Source of the DNA: Candidatus Bathyarchaeia archaeon | GTDB taxonomy: Archaea > Thermoproteota > Bathyarchaeia > Bathyarchaeales > Bathycorpusculaceae | DNA length: 64,000 nucleotides | Reading direction: 5' to 3' | Assembly: GCA_038882975.1 (NCBI GenBank) | Contig: JAVZNE010000001.1 | Location: forward strand, 192,001-256,000 | Part shown: piece after piece, positions 39,187 through 49,719 of the stretch | Numbering within the stretch: the stretch's first letter is position 1 | Layout of the letters: every line of letters begins with the position of its first letter | The notes under the pieces: generated by a model | What the model was told of the DNA's origin: nothing | Databases searched by the model: none | Seen by the model: the letters and a program-made list of their open reading frames with translations, nothing else | Made by a program: the position numbers and the translations under genes

Positions 39187-39603
39187 CTATTCGAGGGCTA
39201 TCCAAACTTCCAATTCATCGCCATCTTTAAGCTTTAATTTTTCCCTCAAATTTGAAGGAGCAACAATTTCTAAAACATCTTTGGGATAGTTTTCTACGCA
39301 TGGCAGTGCAACGGCACATGCCACATCACGCCCGATGTACGCCCTAAAACATTTTCCTCTGCAGTATCCTAGTTCCGGTAAAATCTCGATGGCTTTAACA
39401 TTTTCCAGCAGTTTCCTACCTTCCACATACTCGCCAGCCAGTTTCAAGTTTAGCGTCCCAGGATAAGGAACAAAACCAAGCTTTTCCTTTATCTGCCGTT
39501 TGACCCATGGAAGTGCGGTGAAGAATGAGCCTTCACCGGAGCCGGAGACAATTTTCCCTTTCACATGAACTCCTTTCGTTGACAATTTGTTTTCTTCCGT
39601 CAT
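39187..39603 (-). CDS. ribK: CTP-dependent riboflavin kinase
   Basis: GKIVSGSGEG, PYPGTLN, LEIVAP..LR..L.LKDGD. Confidence 0.9.
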   Translation of the reverse strand: MTEENKLSTKGVHVKGKIVSGSGEGSFFTALPWVKRQIKEKLGFVPYPGTLNLKLAGEYVEGRKLLENVKAIEILPELGYCRGKCFRAYIGRDVACAVALPCVENYPKDVLEIVAPSNLREKLKLKDGDELEVWIALE

Positions 39604-39622
39604 GAACGTTTTCCAGTTTAGC

Positions 39623-39997
39623 TTATGTTTTACTTTGTTCTTTCAGCCAGTTTGCAACTTTACGAAACATAGGATTTGACGACATATCTATAACTGGTAC
39701 TATTATTTTTTCCCTAGTCTCAATTAGTGGCTGGTATTTTGGCATAAGAGAGTACCCGACAAAAGTCCAGTAAACCCTCTTATTTTCAACAAGCGCCTTT
39801 GCAGCGGTTTCCGTCGTTGCTGGAAGCGGGAAATAAAGGAATAAGACGCCTTCAGCCCAGTATAAGCCTGCTGTCTTTCCGCCTGCTATAATTGAGGCGA
39901 ATCTTGCAATGTCTTCCGGCGATGTAAAAAAGTTGCGTTCCATAATGACGATCTCCTTAAAAGGTTCGAATTTTACGTCTACTTCGCCCTCAGCCAT
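39623..39997 (-). CDS. hypothetical protein
   Basis: Clean 124-aa ORF apparently co-transcribed with ribK; no motif recognised. Confidence 0.7.
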   Translation of the reverse strand: MAEGEVDVKFEPFKEIVIMERNFFTSPEDIARFASIIAGGKTAGLYWAEGVLFLYFPLPATTETAAKALVENKRVYWTFVGYSLMPKYQPLIETREKIIVPVIDMSSNPMFRKVANWLKEQSKT

Positions 39998-40122
39998 AAA
40001 CCTTCGCCTTTCTGATAGTTTTGTTAAAGGTTCCCTTTTAATCTTGCCATAAACCAGAAAAGGTTATAGAGCACAAAAGCTAAACCCATCCAATCACAAG
40101 CCATCAAAAGAGGGAGCTAAGC

Positions 40123-41202
40123 TTGACTGAAATTCGCGTAGCAATAGTTGGCGTTGGCAATTCAGCATCAGCCCTAATCCAAGGAGTGGAATACTACAAA
40201 AACGTAAAAGAAGGCGAAACAGTCCCGGGGTTAATGCACGTGAACTTTGGCGGATACCACGTCAGAGACATAAAGTTCGTTGCAGCTTTCGACGTAGACA
40301 AAAACAAAATTGGAAAGGACTTGGCTGAAGCCATATTCACCAAACCTAACTGCTGCGCCAAATTTGCGGACGTGCCACCACTAGGCGTGGAAGTCTCGCC
40401 GGGACCAGTTCTAGATGGAGTGGCAAAACACATGAGGAAGCCTTTCAATGTTTACAGCGAAAACGAAGTTAAACCAGCGGACGTTGCAGGCGTCCTAAAA
40501 GAGGCTGATGCGGAAATCCTTATCAACTATCTGCCTGTTGGAAGCCACAATGCCACATGCTTTTACGCCCAAGCTGCTTTGGATGCTGGATGCGCCTTCA
40601 TAAACTGCATACCAGAGTTTATTGCCTCAGACCCCTTATGGAGCCGCAAATTTGAGGAGCAGGGTCTTCCGGTGGCAGGTGACGACATTAAAAGCCAGCT
40701 TGGCGCAACAATACTCCACAGAAATCTTGTGCGGTTATGCGTCGACAGAGGCGTAATCGTCGACGAAACATACCAGCTGAACTTAGGCGGAGACACAGAC
40801 TTCCTAAACATGACAGTAGAAGAACGCCTAAAAACAAAACGTATAAGCAAGACAGAAGCCGTTAAAAGCTTAGTGCCATACGATCTGCCAACCCGCATAG
40901 GACCATCAGACTATGTGCCTTTTCTGGGGAACAAAAAGATATGTTATATATGGCTTAAGGGGAGGAAGTTTGGCGATAGACCCTTAACAATAACCGTTAA
41001 GCTGGAGGTGGAAGATTCGCCCAACAGTGCCGGAGTGGTCATAGACGTGATAAGAGCTGTGAAATTGGCATTAGACAGAAAAATAGCCGGACCATTAATA
41101 AGCATATCATCATATGCCTTCAAACACCCACCAGTGCAAGTTCCAGACCCAGTCGCAAAAGAATGGGTGGAAGAATATATTAAGGGCAAGCGAGAACGCT
41201 AA
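40123..41202 (+). CDS. ino1: myo-inositol-1-phosphate synthase
   Basis: [32 protein letters not shown]. Confidence 0.93.
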   Translation: MTEIRVAIVGVGNSASALIQGVEYYKNVKEGETVPGLMHVNFGGYHVRDIKFVAAFDVDKNKIGKDLAEAIFTKPNCCAKFADVPPLGVEVSPGPVLDGVAKHMRKPFNVYSENEVKPADVAGVLKEADAEILINYLPVGSHNATCFYAQAALDAGCAFINCIPEFIASDPLWSRKFEEQGLPVAGDDIKSQLGATILHRNLVRLCVDRGVIVDETYQLNLGGDTDFLNMTVEERLKTKRISKTEAVKSLVPYDLPTRIGPSDYVPFLGNKKICYIWLKGRKFGDRPLTITVKLEVEDSPNSAGVVIDVIRAVKLALDRKIAGPLISISSYAFKHPPVQVPDPVAKEWVEEYIKGKRER

Positions 41203-41208
41203 AAGAAT

Positions 41209-41463
41209 TTAGTCTAGCTTCTCCAAAACAGAAAGAACACCACAAACGGCTGAAATCCACCTTAAATAGGCGTTTAAGGCCGCCCGCAAAGCCACAGTAT
41301 CCCTCGCCTCAACGGCCAAAACCAGAAAAGCATTTTCAATTTTCAAGTTTGCTTTGGAGCGTGTTGTGGCTGGCTTAGCAGTTTCAGGCATGAGCGCCCT
41401 ATAAACAATTTTCAAATCCCTTTTTGAAGGAAGTTTTAGGCGAATAACAGCTTTAGCCTTCAT
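41209..41463 (-). CDS. pcc1: KEOPS subunit Pcc1
   Basis: ALMPE..RS..A.D..ALRAALNAYLRW; operon position. Confidence 0.88.
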   Translation of the reverse strand: MKAKAVIRLKLPSKRDLKIVYRALMPETAKPATTRSKANLKIENAFLVLAVEARDTVALRAALNAYLRWISAVCGVLSVLEKLD

Positions 41464-42016
41464 GACCCGTCAAGTCCCAGATAAGATGAGATATTCTCAT
41501 CCTTGGACCTATTTCCACATTTTCTGGAAGAAGCCTAAAAGTCGCCACTATTTCCCCTGCCGGATTAATGGTTGTTTGCATTATGGCACTATAGCCCCTA
41601 TACTCATCCTCGCTAGAGACTACGGGAACACCGAAGAACTCTGATAATGCCTTTTCCAGCCTACCAACTTCTTGAGATTGTTTTGGCGATGATACTATAG
41701 CAACGGATTTTATTCTCCTCCCTCTTGGCATGGTTTGAAATTCTCTGCGAAGCTTTACACCCCTTAAATATACCAGTGGAGGTATTGGTTGCAGCTTGCC
41801 GTTCACACGATAAAGTTCTATTTTTCCAGGACCGCCCTTCCAACGGTCAACAATAACCGCTTTTTCTGCGCCGAACTCTAAGGCTTTTGCCGCCACACTT
41901 TCAAGGCTCAATTTTCCACGGTTTATCCTCAAAATGTTTGGAAAGGTATGCGAAAGGTCTTTGCAAAAGGTTCTTATGCCCTTTGTTGGTCTCCGCGAGG
42001 TAGTTAGAAGTATCAA
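41453..42016 (-). CDS. Brix/Imp4-domain ribosome biogenesis protein
   Basis: ILLTTSRRPT, RINRGK, GP.MR. Confidence 0.88.
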   Translation of the reverse strand: MILLTTSRRPTKGIRTFCKDLSHTFPNILRINRGKLSLESVAAKALEFGAEKAVIVDRWKGGPGKIELYRVNGKLQPIPPLVYLRGVKLRREFQTMPRGRRIKSVAIVSSPKQSQEVGRLEKALSEFFGVPVVSSEDEYRGYSAIMQTTINPAGEIVATFRLLPENVEIGPRMRISHLIWDLTGHEG

Positions 42017-42025
42017 GATTTCAGC

Positions 42026-42334
42026 CTATTCTTCTCCCGTTTCCGCTGCTGTTGAAGCCTCAACCTCTTCTACAGGAGCCCCTTTAGCAACACGCTTAGC
42101 CACTACGCCAAGCTTTGTTGTTGGAGTGTAGGCGCCGCCGGTGAAGGTAAAGCCGCATTTTCTGCACTTCCAAACACCCACGCTCACCCGTTTAACTCTT
42201 GGAAGCCCGCATTGAGGACACTTGTGGCTCTTCTTCATTTCAGCAACTATTTTTATGTAGCGTTTTCTCACAGTAGCTCCATAACGGGGTCCTAAACCCC
42301 TTGTCGGACCAACCTTCTTTGTTCTTTTCCCCAT
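42026..42334 (-). CDS. rpl37ae: 50S ribosomal protein L37Ae (eL43)
   Basis: GPRYGATVRKR, CPQC..CRKC, GGAYTP. Confidence 0.95.
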   Translation of the reverse strand: MGKRTKKVGPTRGLGPRYGATVRKRYIKIVAEMKKSHKCPQCGLPRVKRVSVGVWKCRKCGFTFTGGAYTPTTKLGVVAKRVAKGAPVEEVEASTAAETGEE

Positions 42335-42336
42335 CT

Positions 42337-43128
42337 TCACCACCCTAGCTTCTTCCTAATTTCTACGGCTTTCTCTCTGGCAACTTGAACGGCCTCAAAC
42401 ACTTGCTTTGGCGTGAAGTATCCGCTCCCACCCTTCTGAACAGCACATACGTTGCCGTCATCATCGATTGTTATGGTTAGCCGCGCATCCATAATCTGCT
42501 CCTCTTCAAGCCAAGGATCCACAACAAGTCTATCATTTATCTTCGCAAAGGTGACGGACACAGGATGTCTTCTCACCGGAAGCGCTGTATATCCGGGCTT
42601 AATTTTTATTTCGCCATCCTCAATTTCGTAATTAAACATTTTTGTATTGAGAAGCGCAGCCATGGCGGCTAACGATGATGCATCAATTAAGTTTCCATCG
42701 TGGTTAAGCACGTAAATGTCAACAAATATTACAAAGACCTTTTTGCCAGGTGTTATGCATAGCTTATCAAGTTCAACAGCTTTTGATTCTCTAATCCCTC
42801 GGTCTACAACTCTTGCTAACTCTATCGAGTTTTCATCTGGAGGCCCAGGCTCAAATGTCGGCGAAGCCAAAGGCACGAGTTCAGCATTTACAGTTAAGAC
42901 CCCCTCGTTTGGCGTGTCTGGAAACGGCTCCCCAGTTTCAATTTTAACTCCAACCATAACCTCCGTCTTTCCAAGGAGAGCCCTTGCGGAGCCCTCAGCC
43001 CTTTCAATTATACCCTGCTCCACCCTTATCTCTCTATAGTCATTTAGGCCCCTACCGTCAAGTCTTTTCCCTTTGGCGATTAATTGTGCAATCTGCTTCT
43101 GCTTTACACGGACAACAATTGTTGACAT
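42337..43128 (-). CDS. rrp42: exosome subunit Rrp42
   Basis: RLDGR, FEPGPPDENSIELARVVDRGIRES. Confidence 0.95.
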   Translation of the reverse strand: MSTIVVRVKQKQIAQLIAKGKRLDGRGLNDYREIRVEQGIIERAEGSARALLGKTEVMVGVKIETGEPFPDTPNEGVLTVNAELVPLASPTFEPGPPDENSIELARVVDRGIRESKAVELDKLCITPGKKVFVIFVDIYVLNHDGNLIDASSLAAMAALLNTKMFNYEIEDGEIKIKPGYTALPVRRHPVSVTFAKINDRLVVDPWLEEEQIMDARLTITIDDDGNVCAVQKGGSGYFTPKQVFEAVQVAREKAVEIRKKLGW

Positions 43129-43862
43129 TACTCTTCAACCTCCTTAACGCTGACGTATTTCGCTTTTAAGGCTTCCTTCTGCATCGCATAGATTTTCTTA
43201 CAACCTTCAATGGCGAGATTAACAGCCTTCTCAAACTCCTCTGGCGTTAGAATCCCATCCATTTGTAGAAGTGTTATAACGCCCAAGTTCGGCATATAGG
43301 CCACTGGAACATCCGCCGAGCCAGCCTTATCCTCCACATCCATTAAGTCTAACACGATCGCGTCATCCACTTTTCCGGCTGAACAGGCAACAACTAAGTC
43401 GCGCATGGGTATGCCAGCATCAGCCAAAGCTAATGACGCCGCTGTTATGCTCGTGCATCTTGTGCTTCCATCAGCTTGCAATACTTCAACAAAAACGTCG
43501 GTGGCCGTGCGCGGATAATACTCAACGAAGATGGCTGGCTCAATGGCTTCCCTAATAACTTTTGACAATTCTATTTCCCTTCTGGACGGGGCTGGCGATT
43601 TGCGTTCCTGAACTGAGAAGGGTGCCATGTGATAGCGGCATCTCAAAACCATACGGTCCGGCAAAGCCATGTGCTTTGGATGCAGTTCTTTCGGACCGTA
43701 AACAGCGGCCAAAATTTTATTTTTCCCCTGTTCAATGTAGGCTGAACCGTCAGCGTTTGATAAGACGCCAACCTCAATTTTTATTGGTCTAAGCTCGTCC
43801 GGTTTTCTTCCATCAAGCCTTAAACCCTTCTTATCAATTAATTTTTCAGTTTTCTGACTCAT
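43128..43862 (-). CDS. rrp41: exosome subunit Rrp41
   Basis: [26 protein letters not shown]. Confidence 0.95.
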   Translation of the reverse strand: MSQKTEKLIDKKGLRLDGRKPDELRPIKIEVGVLSNADGSAYIEQGKNKILAAVYGPKELHPKHMALPDRMVLRCRYHMAPFSVQERKSPAPSRREIELSKVIREAIEPAIFVEYYPRTATDVFVEVLQADGSTRCTSITAASLALADAGIPMRDLVVACSAGKVDDAIVLDLMDVEDKAGSADVPVAYMPNLGVITLLQMDGILTPEEFEKAVNLAIEGCKKIYAMQKEALKAKYVSVKEVEE

Positions 43863-43863
43863 T

Positions 43864-44565
43864 TTAACTACCTCCTCTTTTCTCTTTTTCTTTCCTAATC
43901 ATCTGTAAAATGCGGTCTGTCAATCCAGTTGTGTGGGACTCTTCCTCAATTTTGTGAATCGCCATCATAGCTAACTCCTCGTCTTCCAAACTTTTACCAG
44001 TGATAAGTATGATTCCATTATGTCCCAATATTATGTGGCAGCCAGTTTCTTGCTTTATCATGGATATCATTGAGCCCTTTTTACCTATAACGCGAGGAAT
44101 CTTCGTAGGCGTTATTTTCACTATTTGCCCACGAGTGATTTTTCCAAGTCCAGGCTCATCAACGCTTAATTGTGGGTTGTGAGTTCTATCATAGGAGACT
44201 ATTTTCGCCACAACGAGGTCTCCAACGTCTAACACTTCGGTCAAATCGTTTTTCTGAGGCTTAAATGGTCTATTAAGAACATCTGAAGCCCTTAATATTG
44301 CTAGGTACGGCGCATTAATATCAACGGTCCATCCGCTAAATCCAACTTCAACCACTGTTCCTATAACTGTGTCACCCATCCTTGGGATATAGAAGGCCCT
44401 TAGGGCAACAACGCTTACCTTTTTATCCTCGTACTCCACAAGCCCTATTCTCGCGGCATAAATTCTGTTGTCCTCCTTATACGTGTTTTCGCCAGCTATG
44501 TAGTCGCCTTCAGCAAGCAGGTCTCCGGGAGTCACAATCTGTCTTCTTTCAAAAAATGTCGGCAT
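43864..44565 (-). CDS. rrp4: exosome subunit Rrp4
   Basis: VTPGDLL, S1 domain, KH motif [10 protein letters not shown]. Confidence 0.95.
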   Translation of the reverse strand: MPTFFERRQIVTPGDLLAEGDYIAGENTYKEDNRIYAARIGLVEYEDKKVSVVALRAFYIPRMGDTVIGTVVEVGFSGWTVDINAPYLAILRASDVLNRPFKPQKNDLTEVLDVGDLVVAKIVSYDRTHNPQLSVDEPGLGKITRGQIVKITPTKIPRVIGKKGSMISMIKQETGCHIILGHNGIILITGKSLEDEELAMMAIHKIEEESHTTGLTDRILQMIRKEKEKRGGS

Positions 44566-44595
44566 AAAACACACACTCAAAATTTAAACCATAGA

Positions 44596-45285
44596 TTAGG
44601 ATATTACTTTCGCCTCAGCGTTTCCCTTCGTTACCTCTCCAATTTTCTCGAGGAATGGCCCATAAAGGCCAGCGGGCATTTCAAGAACCCCATGCCATGA
44701 GCCGTCTGCCCGCCATTCCTCACGTTTTATCGTCCCAAAGGCTTTTAGAGTCCCATAAGCCCTTGCCGCATATTCGGCTGGTATTTGCACACTGACGGAA
44801 ACCTGCTCCATTTTTAGTGGCAGAATCTGCCTTAGCAACTTTATTACCTCTCTTGCCTGCTCCTCCGTAGGCTTAAAGGGGTCTATTGAATAATGGATTT
44901 GCTCCATGGCTTGCTCAATGCGCATTGGTGGATGGGGAAGATTTGTCCTCGGGTCTACACACTGCTTTGATATGAAGGCTATTATTTGCCTCCGCTTTTC
45001 TTCAATCATTTTTCTGCGCTGCTCCGTTGTGAGTTGTAATGTGCCCCTTTTTATGATTATGTCCGCCACTTTAAGCGGGTCTGTTGTTCCAAATGCTTTG
45101 CGTATAGCTTCTTCGGAAACTTTTGTGCCCTTGCTCGCATCTGAAAAAATCGTCTCTGCCACTAAAACTTCTGTTATTGAGGATATTTTGCCCAACCGAT
45201 AATCAAGCGCCTTATCTGGCTTAACAAGAACCTCGAAATGCTCATTATCCTTTGTAATACGTGCAACAGTATATTTTTCACTCAT
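44596..45285 (-). CDS. ribosome maturation factor SBDS/Sdo1
   Basis: HFEVLV, QLTTEQRR, DPRTNLPHPP.RIE. Confidence 0.95.
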   Translation of the reverse strand: MSEKYTVARITKDNEHFEVLVKPDKALDYRLGKISSITEVLVAETIFSDASKGTKVSEEAIRKAFGTTDPLKVADIIIKRGTLQLTTEQRRKMIEEKRRQIIAFISKQCVDPRTNLPHPPMRIEQAMEQIHYSIDPFKPTEEQAREVIKLLRQILPLKMEQVSVSVQIPAEYAARAYGTLKAFGTIKREEWRADGSWHGVLEMPAGLYGPFLEKIGEVTKGNAEAKVIS

Positions 45286-45292
45286 TCCCTCT

Positions 45293-46021
45293 TCACTTGC
45301 CTGAAACAAGCTTCTTCACATAACCCTCAATTTTCTCGTCGCTGAGCATCTCCATCTTCTTTGTCGCCGATGGAATAACGGCAATCTTTATCCTTGGCGG
45401 AAGCTGCCTAGCCTCAAGAGCCTTAACCAAACATTTAACTGCAAGCTTTATGGCGTCTTCGATGCCCATGTCCTCCCGGTACTCTTCCTTCAAAATATTC
45501 ATCACCGTCTCTCTTCCCGCGCCAACAGCCGTGGCTTTATGTCCCTTATATGTTCCGCTGGGATGTGTTATGAAAAGGCGGTTTCCAGTCTTATCAACCC
45601 CTCCGAATATTAATGAGACACCAAAGGGTCTTACACCAGCATGCTGCGTGTAAAGCTGTTGTATGTCGCATATACGTTTAGTCACAACCTCAACGTCTAT
45701 TGGCTCATCATAGGTTAACCTATTACTCTGTGCATAAATCCGCGCTTGGTCTATCAAAACTCTTGCATCAGAGCTTAAACCGACTATCGCCGCACCAATA
45801 TGCTCGTCAATTTTGAAAATCTTCCACGAAGAACCTGTTTCCTCAAGGGGCTCAACAGTTTCCTCAGCCCCCAAAACAACCCCTTCAGAACACTTTATCC
45901 CCAAAATCGTTGCTCCACGATTAACAAGTTCCATGGCATACTCAACTTGAAAAAGCCTCCCATCTGGTGAAAAGACGGTTATAGCACGGTCATATGCTCC
46001 CGGAGCTGCAAACACTGACAT
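45293..46021 (-). CDS. psmA: proteasome alpha subunit
   Basis: YDRAITVFSPDGRLFQVEYA, RPFGVS. Confidence 0.96.
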   Translation of the reverse strand: MSVFAAPGAYDRAITVFSPDGRLFQVEYAMELVNRGATILGIKCSEGVVLGAEETVEPLEETGSSWKIFKIDEHIGAAIVGLSSDARVLIDQARIYAQSNRLTYDEPIDVEVVTKRICDIQQLYTQHAGVRPFGVSLIFGGVDKTGNRLFITHPSGTYKGHKATAVGAGRETVMNILKEEYREDMGIEDAIKLAVKCLVKALEARQLPPRIKIAVIPSATKKMEMLSDEKIEGYVKKLVSGK

Positions 46022-46169
46022 CAACATCAACCTCACGTTTTACACTAACTAAACACTTGCAGAACACTCATATAACAACTTAACTAAAAACCTTTTCCTA
46101 AAACCTTTTAGTTGAGCAAAATGTTACCTTTATAAACTCTCCATAGAATAAGGTTAAGATTGAATTAAT

Positions 46170-47270
46170 ATGGGAATCTTCACTGAAAGAATAGAAAAGT
46201 TAAAGGAGCTTGGCAGAAAAGCCGGGATAAACGCCTTTATGATAACCACTAAGGAAAACATGAGGTATTTTACCGGCTTATCCGTTTTGTCGATAGAGAG
46301 GTTTGCAGCCATAATTGTTCCCGTTGAAAAAGGCAATCCTATAATTATAGTTCCTAAACTTGAGGTGGAGAAAGCAAAAACGCAAACAACCCTAAACGAC
46401 ATAAGGAGTTATAGTGATTCAGAAAATCCCGCAGTCTTGCTTAAGAAGGTCGTAAGGGAGCTTAGCCTAGAAAAAGCTGTTTTCGGGGTTGAGGCAACTT
46501 TACCCTTTAAGTTTTACAAGATGCTTATGGACATCTCGCCAAAAATACAAGCTAAAGATGTATCGGCATTCTTCAACCAGCTCAGAAGCATAAAATCCGA
46601 TAAAGAATTACAACTAATAAAGAGGGCTGCTAAAATTGTGGCAGCTGGGATAATGGCTGGAATTGAATCCATCAAATCCGGCGTTAGTGAGCTGACCGTT
46701 TCATCTAAAATAGAGCAAACTATAAAGGAGCACGGCGGTGAAAGTGTTCCTTTTTGCATAGTTTTATCAGGAGAAAACACGGCTCTTCCTCACGGAGAAA
46801 CTTCGCTTAGAAAAATTTCGGCAAGGGATGTTGTTTTAATGGATGTAGGAGCAGTTTACAATGGCTATTATGCAGATCTTACCCGCACTATTTTTGTTGG
46901 AAGGGCAACGATGAGACAGCGGGAGATCTACGAAATAGTAGCTGAAGCTCAAAAAGAAGCTATTCAAACTGTAAAACCAAACGTGAAAGCCGAGGAAATA
47001 GATTATGCGGCGAGAAAAATTATAGAGGAAGCGGGCTACGGAGAATACTTTACCCATCGAGCTGGTCACGGATTGGGGTTAGAGGTACACGAAGAGCCAT
47101 ATATAGTGCAGGGAAATAAAACCAAATTAAAACCTGGGATGACATTTACAATTGAGCCAGGCATATATCTTCCCAGAAAATTTGGGGTTAGAATAGAAGA
47201 TGATGTTGCGGTGACGGAAAAATCTGGAAAACTCTTAAGCACCCTCGGGAAAGAGATGATGATTGTTTAA
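46170..47270 (+). CDS. M24B Xaa-Pro aminopeptidase/prolidase
   Basis: DLTRT, HRAGHGLGLEVHE, TIEPGIY, GVRIEDD. Confidence 0.92.
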   Translation: MGIFTERIEKLKELGRKAGINAFMITTKENMRYFTGLSVLSIERFAAIIVPVEKGNPIIIVPKLEVEKAKTQTTLNDIRSYSDSENPAVLLKKVVRELSLEKAVFGVEATLPFKFYKMLMDISPKIQAKDVSAFFNQLRSIKSDKELQLIKRAAKIVAAGIMAGIESIKSGVSELTVSSKIEQTIKEHGGESVPFCIVLSGENTALPHGETSLRKISARDVVLMDVGAVYNGYYADLTRTIFVGRATMRQREIYEIVAEAQKEAIQTVKPNVKAEEIDYAARKIIEEAGYGEYFTHRAGHGLGLEVHEEPYIVQGNKTKLKPGMTFTIEPGIYLPRKFGVRIEDDVAVTEKSGKLLSTLGKEMMIV

Positions 47271-47419
47271 GGCCAACTCCTCTGTATTTGCCATTCATAT
47301 TTGCTATAATTCATCTTGAGCGAAGAGAACATTAGGTAATCGCCAAGTTTATATTACCCACTAATATTCTATTCAACGGCACTATATTGGTTTGCACTCT
47401 TAATGGGGCGTCCGGATAA

Positions 47420-48235
47420 GTGGAGATTGAGGTACTTGAAAGAGACGATAAGAACTTGCGCTTGCTAATAAGGGGAGTTGACACTCCGTTTGTTAACGCT
47501 TTAAGAAGGAATGTTATCGCCGAAGTTCCATGCATGGCAATAGATGATGTTGTGATTATTGAGAATTCCTCTGTTTTTCACGATGAAATCATAGCCCATA
47601 GACTTGGGTTAATCCCATTAAAAACCGACCTTGACAGCTACAACCTTCCAGATGAGTGCCCATGTAAAAGCGAATTTGGATGCAACCTATGCAGAGTTAC
47701 GCTTACATTGGATAGGGAGGCAAAGGAAGGAACAATAACGGTTTACTCTGGAGAGCTTGTTTCTGAAAACCCAAACATTGTTCCCGTCAGCGACAAAATC
47801 CCAATAGTTAAGCTTGCAAAGGGACAAAAGTTGAGGCTTGAAGCCTACGCAAGGCTTGGGAAGGGGAAGAGCCACGCCAAGTGGCAGCCGGTTTCCCTTT
47901 GCTCATACAAGTATCTGCCACAAATAGGAATAAACGGCGAAAGCTGTGATGCTTGCGGGAAATGTGTGGAAGTATGCCCGAGAAAGGTTCTGGCAAAGCA
48001 TGAAGGAAAAATAGAAGTTCGCAACTTGTTCGCCTGCACTCTATGCCGAGATTGTATGGACGTTTGTCCAAAACAACCATCAGCCATAAAGGTTGATTGG
48101 GAAAAGAACGCTTTTATATTTAGCATCGAATCAACGGGCGTACTACCACCAGAGAGAATCATTATGGAAGCTGTAAAAATTTTGGATAAAGACCTTAATG
48201 AGTTGGCAAAACAGATTGAGGTGCAAAAGGCTTGA
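47420..48235 (+). CDS. rpoD: RNA polymerase subunit D (Rpo3)
   Basis: NALRR, HRLGLIP, HAKW, ferredoxin-like insert. Confidence 0.96.
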   Translation: MEIEVLERDDKNLRLLIRGVDTPFVNALRRNVIAEVPCMAIDDVVIIENSSVFHDEIIAHRLGLIPLKTDLDSYNLPDECPCKSEFGCNLCRVTLTLDREAKEGTITVYSGELVSENPNIVPVSDKIPIVKLAKGQKLRLEAYARLGKGKSHAKWQPVSLCSYKYLPQIGINGESCDACGKCVEVCPRKVLAKHEGKIEVRNLFACTLCRDCMDVCPKQPSAIKVDWEKNAFIFSIESTGVLPPERIIMEAVKILDKDLNELAKQIEVQKA

Positions 48236-48594
48236 GGAAAGTTAAGGCGACAAACCCGGAACTTGTCGAAACTATACGTTTCTTGAAAAAGCAGAGCAAG
48301 GAAAGCAAGGCAAAAATTTGGAGAAGCATTGCTGAGCTATTGGCTAAGTCTAGAAGAAAGCGCATAGCTGTAAACATCAGCCGACTGAATAGATACACGG
48401 CGAAAAATGAAACGGTAGTTGTTCCAGGTAAGGTGCTTGGCGCTGGCGAACTAAACCATCCAGTAACTGTTGCAGCTTTCGCCTTTTCGCAGAAAGCACA
48501 AGAAAAAATAAAGAATGCACGAGGAAAATGCCTATCCATAATCGAGCTTGTTAAGAAAAATCCTAAAGGTTCAAAAGTTAAGATTATAGGGTGA
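48232..48594 (+). CDS. rpl18e: 50S ribosomal protein L18e
   Basis: TNP, VNISRLNR, VVPGKVLG. Confidence 0.95.
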   Translation: MRKVKATNPELVETIRFLKKQSKESKAKIWRSIAELLAKSRRKRIAVNISRLNRYTAKNETVVVPGKVLGAGELNHPVTVAAFAFSQKAQEKIKNARGKCLSIIELVKKNPKGSKVKIIG

Positions 48595-48598
48595 AAAA

Positions 48599-49036
48599 AT
48601 GCAGCTAGAAAGCGACTATAAAGTCATTAATGCTGACGGGCTTATTTTGGGGAGAATGGCAAGTATAATTGCCAAACGCTTACTAAAAGGCGAAAAAATA
48701 GCTGTTGTAAATGCTGAAAAAGCCATAATATCTGGCAAAAAGAAAAGCAGGGTCAAAGAAGCAAAAGATTTTCTCGAAGTTGGACATCCGGGAAAAGGTC
48801 CCATGCATCCTAGGAGACCGGATAGAATTCTTAGAAGAACTATTAGAGGAATGCTCCCGTATAAACAGCCGAAGGGTAAGCAAGCCTACAAAAGACTTAG
48901 GGTTTTCATAGGTATTCCGGACGAACTTAAAAATTGGGAGATGGAAACCATAGAAGAGGCACAAGCCAAAAAGCTAACTTGTCCTTACTTCACGCTTGGA
49001 GAGCTTGCAAAGGAAATAGGTTGGAGTGGCGAGTAA
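48599..49036 (+). CDS. rpl13: 50S ribosomal protein L13
   Basis: [16 protein letters not shown]. Confidence 0.95.
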   Translation: MQLESDYKVINADGLILGRMASIIAKRLLKGEKIAVVNAEKAIISGKKKSRVKEAKDFLEVGHPGKGPMHPRRPDRILRRTIRGMLPYKQPKGKQAYKRLRVFIGIPDELKNWEMETIEEAQAKKLTCPYFTLGELAKEIGWSGE

Positions 49037-49037
49037 A

Positions 49038-49448
49038 ATGCCGGCGAAAAAAGTTCTCGTAGTCAGCGGGAAAAGGAAAACAGCCGTGGCACGCGCCGTG
49101 GTTAAACCCGGCATGGGAAGAATAAGAATCAACATGACCCCTCTGGAGATTTACCAGCCGGAAGTTGCCCGCCAAAAAATAATGGAGCCGCTTATACAAG
49201 CCGGCGACGAGATTTGGAAACAATTGGATATAGACATTAAAGTTTCAGGCGGAGGCTACATGGGACAAGCTGAGGCAGCCAGAATGGCCATTGCAAACGC
49301 CTTATTAAAATGGACTAAGAGCACACAACTGCGCACAGCATTCATTGAATATGATAGAACAATGGTTGTGGGCGATCCTAGAAGGAAAGAGCCTAAAAAG
49401 TTTGGTGGTCCCGGTGCAAGGGCGAGGGATCAGAAGAGCTATAGGTAA
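49038..49448 (+). CDS. rps9: 30S ribosomal protein S9
   Basis: [30 protein letters not shown]. Confidence 0.96.
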   Translation: MPAKKVLVVSGKRKTAVARAVVKPGMGRIRINMTPLEIYQPEVARQKIMEPLIQAGDEIWKQLDIDIKVSGGGYMGQAEAARMAIANALLKWTKSTQLRTAFIEYDRTMVVGDPRRKEPKKFGGPGARARDQKSYR

Positions 49449-49465
49449 TGGAGGTTAAGGCGAAA

Positions 49466-49705
49466 GTGATTATACCTATAAGATGTTTTACGTGCGGCAA
49501 GTTGATTGGCGACAAGTGGGAGGAGTTCGCACGGAGAGTTAAGATGGGGGAAGACGCTGGCGACGTTTTAGACAGTTTGGGGATAAGAAGGTACTGTTGC
49601 AGGCGTATGCTCCTCTCCCATGTTGAGATTATTGATGAAGTTTTACGCTTCTATGAGGAAGCAGAAAAAAGAAGAGAAGCTAGAATGCAGTACTATCAAC
49701 ATTGA
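49466..49705 (+). CDS. rpoN: RNA polymerase subunit N (Rpo10)
   Basis: [19 protein letters not shown]; GTG start after GGAGGT. Confidence 0.96.
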   Translation: MIIPIRCFTCGKLIGDKWEEFARRVKMGEDAGDVLDSLGIRRYCCRRMLLSHVEIIDEVLRFYEEAEKRREARMQYYQH

Positions 49706-49719
49706 GGAGTTTATAAAGC

